From IMG/VR virus record IMGVR_UViG_3300017938_000552: a DNA stretch of 64,000 bases. One strand, 5' to 3'. Below the pieces are notes generated by a model. It was not told where the DNA came from and did no database searches. It saw only the letters and a program-made list of their open reading frames with translations. The position numbers were made by a program, and so were the translations under genes. This DNA is from an uncultured virus (IMG/VR IMGVR_UViG_3300017938_000552) (taxonomy: Duplodnaviria; Heunggongvirae; Uroviricota; Caudoviricetes). Positions 58,801 through 64,000 of this stretch are shown here, piece by piece (positions within the stretch are counted from its first letter, which is position 1; each line of letters opens with the position of its first letter).

Positions 58801-60108
58801 GTCTGTTTGATATGTAATACCAATATTATTTAGTTCTGTTGAACTTAGCGGTGATGTAAAATTGTAATATATAATATCTCTTCCTGTTATTGGGTCTGTG
58901 GTATAATACCAGCTATTAACATACGAGTGCCAAACAAATATTGCAGGTAGAGTTTTTATATAATTTAGTGTGCCAACACCACCATAGTAATCATCCCCAC
59001 CATATCTATCATGTGATGCTATACCATCAACATAATATTCTAAGTCTGAACTAAAGTTTTCCCACATGGTAGCATCATTATAAGTGATCTTGGTTATCAC
59101 TTTTGCATTTGAAATACCATGTTCCGCATTATATTTGTAAATAGCACCTAAAACATCACCATTAAGTGGCACTTGTATTGTGAGAGTTGTACCATCAGAA
59201 TAATAAATTATAAATGTTCCATAAACAGGTCCACTACCAGTAGAATACATGGTGGCTGATGCTGTAAAGGTACTTATGCTATTCAACTGGATCAAACAAT
59301 TTTCTGACTGAGAACTATATCCACTATCAAAAACAATACTTGAAAGTGTCTTTATACCCTGTTCAAGAATTGAACCAAGTGGTTCTCCATCTAAACCATA
59401 TGCAGAGTTAAAAGACTTAGTTTTTAGTGGTGTAGAATCGCTCCCATAAGCAACGATGACATGACCATCAACTGTTGGTGTTGGGCAAACACCATATTGT
59501 ACAAAAGCAAGTGATCTCTCAAGTTCTATTGGCATAGGGTATCCAACTGTGCCATTGTCACGGTCACTTCTCATAACATATGCGGCTGTATATGTAGCAT
59601 TTCCACCTATAACACCGTTTGAGTTACAATAACCAATCCATAAATATCCAGCAGTATCTATGCAAACTGATGGTGCTGTTACATAGTAATTATTTGTTTT
59701 TATTTTTGTCTCAGAGATTAACCAAACAATACTACCATTCGTTTGTGTTATTCCATAACGATAGTATAATACACCTGCGGTGGTCACACGTACATAAGCA
59801 ACATACGGACCATTAGAAAACACAGAAAATAGATTACCAGAAGCAACACCTGTCACAGCAGTATAAATTGTGTTAAATGTGATATAGTCTGGTGTGGATG
59901 TCCATTTCATGTCTATGCCATCTGAATAGAAGTACCAAGTCAGACCTGAAGCATTAAAAGTGTGTCTTTGGAAGTTATATCCAAAAGCCGTTGGTGATGT
60001 TGTTGTGATTGATGGGGTAGAGTGTGCAATCTGTTGTGGCATAATAAATGCACTCATAATGAAAATGAGTAACACAACTAAAGATTTAAACTTCATATTA
60101 TCTACCAC
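55846..60108 (-). CDS. 1420-aa secreted, C-terminally membrane-anchored surface protein (putative virion spike/adhesin)
   Basis: Signal peptide, S/T/Y-rich beta repeats (SDGTYLY x2, NDGTYLY), many N-x-S/T sequons, long hydrophobic C-terminus. Confidence 0.7.
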   Translation of the reverse strand: MVDNMKFKSLVVLLIFIMSAFIMPQQIAHSTPSITTTSPTAFGYNFQRHTFNASGLTWYFYSDGIDMKWTSTPDYITFNTIYTAVTGVASGNLFSVFSNGPYVAYVRVTTAGVLYYRYGITQTNGSIVWLISETKIKTNNYYVTAPSVCIDTAGYLWIGYCNSNGVIGGNATYTAAYVMRSDRDNGTVGYPMPIELERSLAFVQYGVCPTPTVDGHVIVAYGSDSTPLKTKSFNSAYGLDGEPLGSILEQGIKTLSSIVFDSGYSSQSENCLIQLNSISTFTASATMYSTGSGPVYGTFIIYYSDGTTLTIQVPLNGDVLGAIYKYNAEHGISNAKVITKITYNDATMWENFSSDLEYYVDGIASHDRYGGDDYYGGVGTLNYIKTLPAIFVWHSYVNSWYYTTDPITGRDIIYYNFTSPLSSTELNNIGITYQTDPSHTLQLNCTVVYGDHTSTKTIINVAKDKQLTSPVSFVGGKSVTSFVVSTSSYGFLDSGYEIQNVLFNSTNTENSLNNAVSDGTYLYESLYQSPLVIKKLTVDGLFPVDVWQYNSTLPANNTLVYDAGFLYIGCEGYGNLVITKVNAVTMKTAQSYKADPSYNLDYALGLCSDGTYLYALARNMATNHLVVVKILESTMTYDSKDVTSYIYVGTNTIMYDAADGNVYISMSQASNCAAIQMNTTTLSTTGTWSGAGYGANVYSSSAYGSFIYIGVDSKIVKINITPFMLTVANWSVLPSYHANPTSIVNDGTYLYTVYNYTTPVLTKIDINTMSTISYLLPSVGGKSAKLIFTTGIFDVCFDSDSSATSISNYMLCLRTSVFNTVSQTSYSLKSFSSFSCVNKDNDVFIAYTTSTNKIDSDFYSGEMGAITAETILYTSLGTAPSPTISRNSYEDISVIWMNDPVTDKIYYNIYRNSTSSWSGVTVGITSSGITTGTPIISVYQSFSPTGVGWMTGAGPPYTIVVNGLLTGDEPTLNYLVVPDLSAGISTFRNIYSMDKYYTFVASTTTVNSPNDVTDIYITAMKGAQIYFKVHGASLNTVPVWSIISNSTIINLDTAHCVWAKSGTLGTATFKIETKWNFPTTADLDLYLEAVNGAGSSGIIKMQTAYCDVISDLVATITTTTPQVFLGVQIAITGGVFYEISPANINLYTVMVSPPDAQFTRVEVWNKTLVAQDPAIVNGTYQVVFTPYLATGNQTYHLKLFMLLPFVAGPSANNATLTVYVTANFVPSLSPLTILLQPVFNLFGIGGGVVAIWAMITSIGIWFVASITMMVSFVTTLGTMFFNFAVFLFTWISIMGSFIIALVTIMINLLNGTSTAITYGGNVVGSISFGLGNIWNLFGGTNLIIFMPFVIFIVWIQSLDSRQETMGIGLLSLALNDFQTLYGLINVLTGFAMFIYSVVSDWIRWIFGYLSGFFTRLFSSI

Positions 60109-60148
60109 AGGTTTAACGGTATGATCTGTATATTATTTACACTAAATA

Positions 60149-60163
60149 TATATAAATGTTAGT
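60149..60163 (-). promoter_or_regulatory. class B-like promoter of the surface protein gene
   Basis: ACTAACATTTATATA; a second copy at 60289-60305. Confidence 0.55.
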
Positions 60164-60355
60164 ATAAAAAACAACATTCAAAATACCACCTATATCATAG
60201 CTTTTTCACAACATTTTAAAAAGACATATATAGATTATATTAAAAATATTTTTATGAAAAAACCATCAATAATAAGTAATATTGTTTACATATAAATGTT
60301 ATTATAATATCTAGATAAATATATTTCTACTATTTACTAGTTTTATATAAGATAA

Positions 60356-61210
60356 TCACACCATCCAACGATAAAATTTATGCCAATTAACTAAGTCTCT
60401 AATATCAATAGGTTTTAGTTCCATTTTCATTTTTGGGACTTGCAACACTATTGGATATTTGATCATAAGATTGCATAGTTTCTGTGTAGAACAATCCCCA
60501 ACCTCAACTAGAATGATATCATTACCCTTCTTGGCATAGATGTCGGGTACATAATTATATTTATCTATTCTAACAAATCTCTCTCCCGTTGTAGTCCAAC
60601 TCTGTACTGCCCACCCTAATCTCTCCAATTGATTACTAATGAGTGATATCGTAACCAAATGAGATGTTTTTCCACCTCTATTATGTTTTTCTTTTAATGG
60701 TGCTTTTTCTCTCATTTTTTCTCTTGATGCCTCTGATTGGTGTTTTCCCTTCATAGGAGAAGGTCTACCCTTATTTGCCACACTTAATTTTATTTTTGTT
60801 GCCTCTGATGGATGTTTACCATAATTAGGACATAACACACCTATCTTGCCTTTTTGTGCGTTTCCGATTTTTATTCTTGTTGCTTCCGAGTGGTGTTTGC
60901 CAAACATTGGATTTTTATCACCAGTTCTACCAAACGCAGGGCATTTTTCACCTATCCTACCAAACATAGGGTTACTTTCACCTTTATGACCTTTTTTCAT
61001 ATTTGTCTCTTTAGAGTAATGTTTACCTGAATTGGCACTACCAATTTTCACTTTGGTTTCTGGTGTGAGATGTTTACCATAATTAGGTGCTTTCTCACCT
61101 GTCCTACCCATACTTTTCTTGGTCTTACTTATTTTTATTTTTGTTGCTTCTGAGAGATGTTGTTGTGGCATTTCATCAACATCAGAAAGTAACCATTCCA
61201 TTTCAATCAA
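60356..61210 (-). CDS. NUMOD3-repeat PD-(D/E)XK-like homing endonuclease, paralog of 55038..55754
   Basis: GKHHSEAT repeats; TSHLVTI, TTGERF, PDIYA, VEVGDC. Confidence 0.75.
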   Translation of the reverse strand: MIEMEWLLSDVDEMPQQHLSEATKIKISKTKKSMGRTGEKAPNYGKHLTPETKVKIGSANSGKHYSKETNMKKGHKGESNPMFGRIGEKCPAFGRTGDKNPMFGKHHSEATRIKIGNAQKGKIGVLCPNYGKHPSEATKIKLSVANKGRPSPMKGKHQSEASREKMREKAPLKEKHNRGGKTSHLVTISLISNQLERLGWAVQSWTTTGERFVRIDKYNYVPDIYAKKGNDIILVEVGDCSTQKLCNLMIKYPIVLQVPKMKMELKPIDIRDLVNWHKFYRWMV

Positions 61211-61247
61211 TTAATAGATATAAAACTATTATATAAGGTTTGTGGAT

Positions 61248-61598
61248 TTATTCTTTGTGTTTGGAAGGATCGTATTTTACATCTGAACGTAGCTTTCTAT
61301 AGTATATATAATATCCATCTCCCTGTTTTTTACCACCATTATAACCAACCTTGTAAACAAAAGTTTTACCCTTAAAAATTCCTGTTCCACCCGATTTATT
61401 CTTTTCCAATAACCATTTTGGTATTTCATCTGGATATGAATTTGGCATACCATAAGTTCCTATTCTCTCCCAATGCGTTTTTAGATACTTTTCATTTTCT
61501 TTGTCTTCTTTTTCTTTTTGCCTAATTGCTCTCTCTTTTGATTTCTCTTTTTGATTGATCTCTCTCGCTTTCATTTTCTGTTTCAGGCTTTCAAACAT
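61248..61598 (-). CDS. basic hypothetical protein
   Basis: Promoter CCACAAACTTTAAATA at 61629-61644. Confidence 0.6.
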   Translation of the reverse strand: MFESLKQKMKAREINQKEKSKERAIRQKEKEDKENEKYLKTHWERIGTYGMPNSYPDEIPKWLLEKNKSGGTGIFKGKTFVYKVGYNGGKKQGDGYYIYYRKLRSDVKYDPSKHKE

Positions 61599-61834
61599 TT
61601 TGTATCATATAAAGATGTGCATCATAACTATTTAAAGTTTGTGGTTTTTAATTACCTAAATAAGTATAATTCATTCGTAAACTCTGTAGATTTAAATGCA
61701 TTTTATCAAATATAATATGAATAATTTTTAAACAGTTTCATAATCTATTTTATATAGAAAAGAACCGTTTTTATTTATTAATCACTAATTAGATAGTTAA
61801 ATAATCATTTTATATATAAGTATTATTATAAATT

Positions 61835-64000
61835 CTAAAATAATACATTCGTACTCTTCACATTTGGCATTTTTACTATACTAACCTGTTTTGGTATCTC
61901 TAATGATCCTCTCTTGTTCCATGTATTTCCGAGTGCTTCTCTAAATGTACGTGCAGAAACTTCTTTTTCATTTTCGTTATCCATGAATGTATATGTCACT
62001 TTAAACTTTGATATGCTTTTTGATGGCTTATCCGCATAGTCTTTATCTGTTGGCTTTGCTGGTGCGGGAAGTTTCAAAGATGGATATTCTTTTTCTTCAT
62101 ATGACTGAGATGATGGTGAGGGTTCACTTGGTTCTGATAATTCAGATATAGATGAAAGTTCACTTGGTTCTGATGTTTCTGACACAGATGAAATTTTACT
62201 TTGCTCAGAAATATTACTTACCTCAGATATTGAGCTTATATCTGATGGTGATTTTGCTGATTCTACTGAACTTATATATTTCTCTACCTGATTTGAACTT
62301 ACCTTTTCTGATGCAGATTCTATAGAACTTATACTATCTTCTGATTGCACAGATTTAATAGAAGATGCTATTTTTGAACTAATTCTTTCAGATAGATTAC
62401 TCTTCACAGACTCTGGTACAGAATTATATATCTTAGAAACTTGCTCTGGACTAGAAATATCAACAAGTTTCTCTATTGTAGGTGCAGATAAAGCATTAAT
62501 CGCAGAATCTAACTGTGTGGCTGATAGTTTCCCACTTGAAATAATAGTAGATAAATCATTTATTTGTGACGTTGATAATTTTATAGAGCCTGTGGTTGCT
62601 GAGATGCTATAATCGGTTGATAAAACAGCATTGAGTGTTGGTATATACATTGTGTTTGCCTTAATACTAGAAGAACCCGAATCAAGATTCACAATTTTGC
62701 TAATTGCATCTTCTGTAACAGTACCTGCATTACCAATTGGTTGCATCATCTGTAGTGGGACAATTCTACCGTTTATATTGACCCACAACTGATCACCAAC
62801 TTTTATGAATTTCTGCCCCGGTCCAATGATTATTTGTGATTCCATCCCCTGTTCTGAGGGCATAACACCGACATACTGTCCTGATCTATCCAGTATATCC
62901 TGATAAAGTTTTCCTAAGTCTTTACGATCCATCTTACTTATAAAATCTTCATTGGTAACATCATCAATTCCAATTGAGATTACGCTTGCCTTAGCAAATG
63001 GGTTGACAAAAGCACTTGGCAAAGCTACCTCTTCTGCTTGTCCTATACCAGAAAATGCAGTACTCCAACTATGTGATGCCCAAAGTAATGGTGCATCTCC
63101 ACCTGTAACACCGACTTTTGCTAGACTTGCAACTAATTGTGGGTCTTGGGTTCCTGAATATACAATAACTTTCCCCTCCTGTTCCAGTTCAGGTGGTGTA
63201 TAGTTCACACTTAGCATCTTGAAGTTTTCTGGTGTTGCTTTCATTCGTTGTTCTTCAAAGCCCGGATACTTAGCCCTGCCCTCTATAACATTTGCCTCTG
63301 CAACTTCATATGCACTTAGTGGTTGTCCTTTTGTTAGCTTCATTTGAATATAGTTAAAAGGTGTATCACTATATGAGAATCCTACTTGGAAACCTTTTAT
63401 ACCACCAAGGAAAGCAGAAGAATCTACAGCAAATTGACCCAACCAATCTTCTGCCCCTTTTGTCTGTAGCACTTTTTCAAGTCTATCATATTCATATGCG
63501 GCAAGACCAGCCGTTCCTGCTATAGTAACCAGTGGCATTTGTGTAATTGCCGCTAATTGATTTAATGTATCCATCTCAGTAACACCAAGTGATAGTTTGT
63601 CCATACCAATTGTTATAGCATTTTTAAGTTGACCTGTAAGTGTTGGTGCTTTAGTTGTAATACTTTCAACCGTAAGAGGTATAACTTTTCCCTCTTCATC
63701 AGTCACTAATTGTGTAGCCTCATCAATAATACCTAGTTTTGTTAAACCTGCTTTTATTGTAGAAAGAATACTTGATGGTAAACTTGCCCCTGTTGCTGTT
63801 GTTAATGCCATACCACCCCTTTCAGCCAAACCACCAATTGCGGGAATTTTAGCTACAAGTTTACCTGCCGCACCATAAGCAAAACCAAGAACAGCACCTT
63901 CAACCATAGATGTGAAGTATATTTCTGCACCCTCTGTAGCATATCCCATTGCCTTGCCAACAATTACCTTGTCTGGTGTAAGCCCTCTATCCTCTAAATC
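61835..64000 (-). CDS. large Ala/Gly- and Ser-rich protein, 5' end beyond the window (putative virion protein)
   Basis: Frame stays open to 64000; hydrophobic Ala/Gly segments and an SEPS/SSIS-rich C-terminal region. Confidence 0.6.
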   Translation of the reverse strand, partial: DLEDRGLTPDKVIVGKAMGYATEGAEIYFTSMVEGAVLGFAYGAAGKLVAKIPAIGGLAERGGMALTTATGASLPSSILSTIKAGLTKLGIIDEATQLVTDEEGKVIPLTVESITTKAPTLTGQLKNAITIGMDKLSLGVTEMDTLNQLAAITQMPLVTIAGTAGLAAYEYDRLEKVLQTKGAEDWLGQFAVDSSAFLGGIKGFQVGFSYSDTPFNYIQMKLTKGQPLSAYEVAEANVIEGRAKYPGFEEQRMKATPENFKMLSVNYTPPELEQEGKVIVYSGTQDPQLVASLAKVGVTGGDAPLLWASHSWSTAFSGIGQAEEVALPSAFVNPFAKASVISIGIDDVTNEDFISKMDRKDLGKLYQDILDRSGQYVGVMPSEQGMESQIIIGPGQKFIKVGDQLWVNINGRIVPLQMMQPIGNAGTVTEDAISKIVNLDSGSSSIKANTMYIPTLNAVLSTDYSISATTGSIKLSTSQINDLSTIISSGKLSATQLDSAINALSAPTIEKLVDISSPEQVSKIYNSVPESVKSNLSERISSKIASSIKSVQSEDSISSIESASEKVSSNQVEKYISSVESAKSPSDISSISEVSNISEQSKISSVSETSEPSELSSISELSEPSEPSPSSQSYEEKEYPSLKLPAPAKPTDKDYADKPSKSISKFKVTYTFMDNENEKEVSARTFREALGNTWNKRGSLEIPKQVSIVKMPNVKSTNVLF

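Noticed and set aside
60109..60355. AT-rich spacers (also 61599-61834) as origins or ncRNAs
   Set aside because: No iterons, stable stems or ORFs found beyond promoter-like motifs

Overview
AT-rich, gene-dense 64 kb segment that looks like part of a large archaeal virus or virus-like extrachromosomal element. An Elf1-like gene suggests a TACK/Asgard-type host (inference). No capsid, terminase, rRNA, canonical tRNA or CRISPR array is visible. Left to right: (i) small basic proteins; (ii) its own TFB and an intein-containing family B DNA polymerase; (iii) about 10 kb of small accessory ORFs, many behind a repeated ACCGAAAGGTTTAAATA-type BRE-TATA promoter; (iv) a divergent replication module (primase, PCNA-like clamp, ATPase, SSB-like | RFC-S, Cas4-like nuclease, RFC-L, DUF3987 helicase-like); (v) a ~26 kb glycosylation/methylation island (archaeal SAM synthetase, six methyltransferases, B12 radical SAM, GT2/GT-C, DgkA, GtrA, WecB, and a transaldolase-phosphatase-GmhA-HddA block with a HIT-GT2 fusion); (vi) three NUMOD3-type endonucleases, a 1420-aa membrane-anchored surface protein and a partial Ser-rich protein. 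Main leads: two promoter classes that segregate by gene function next to an element-encoded TFB with an altered recognition helix, two promoter-driven structured ncRNA candidates (one rod-like with a 3' CCA), a heptose/octose pathway with apparent non-orthologous steps, and recurrent ATA start codons. All family calls come from motif recognition by eye; no searches were run.
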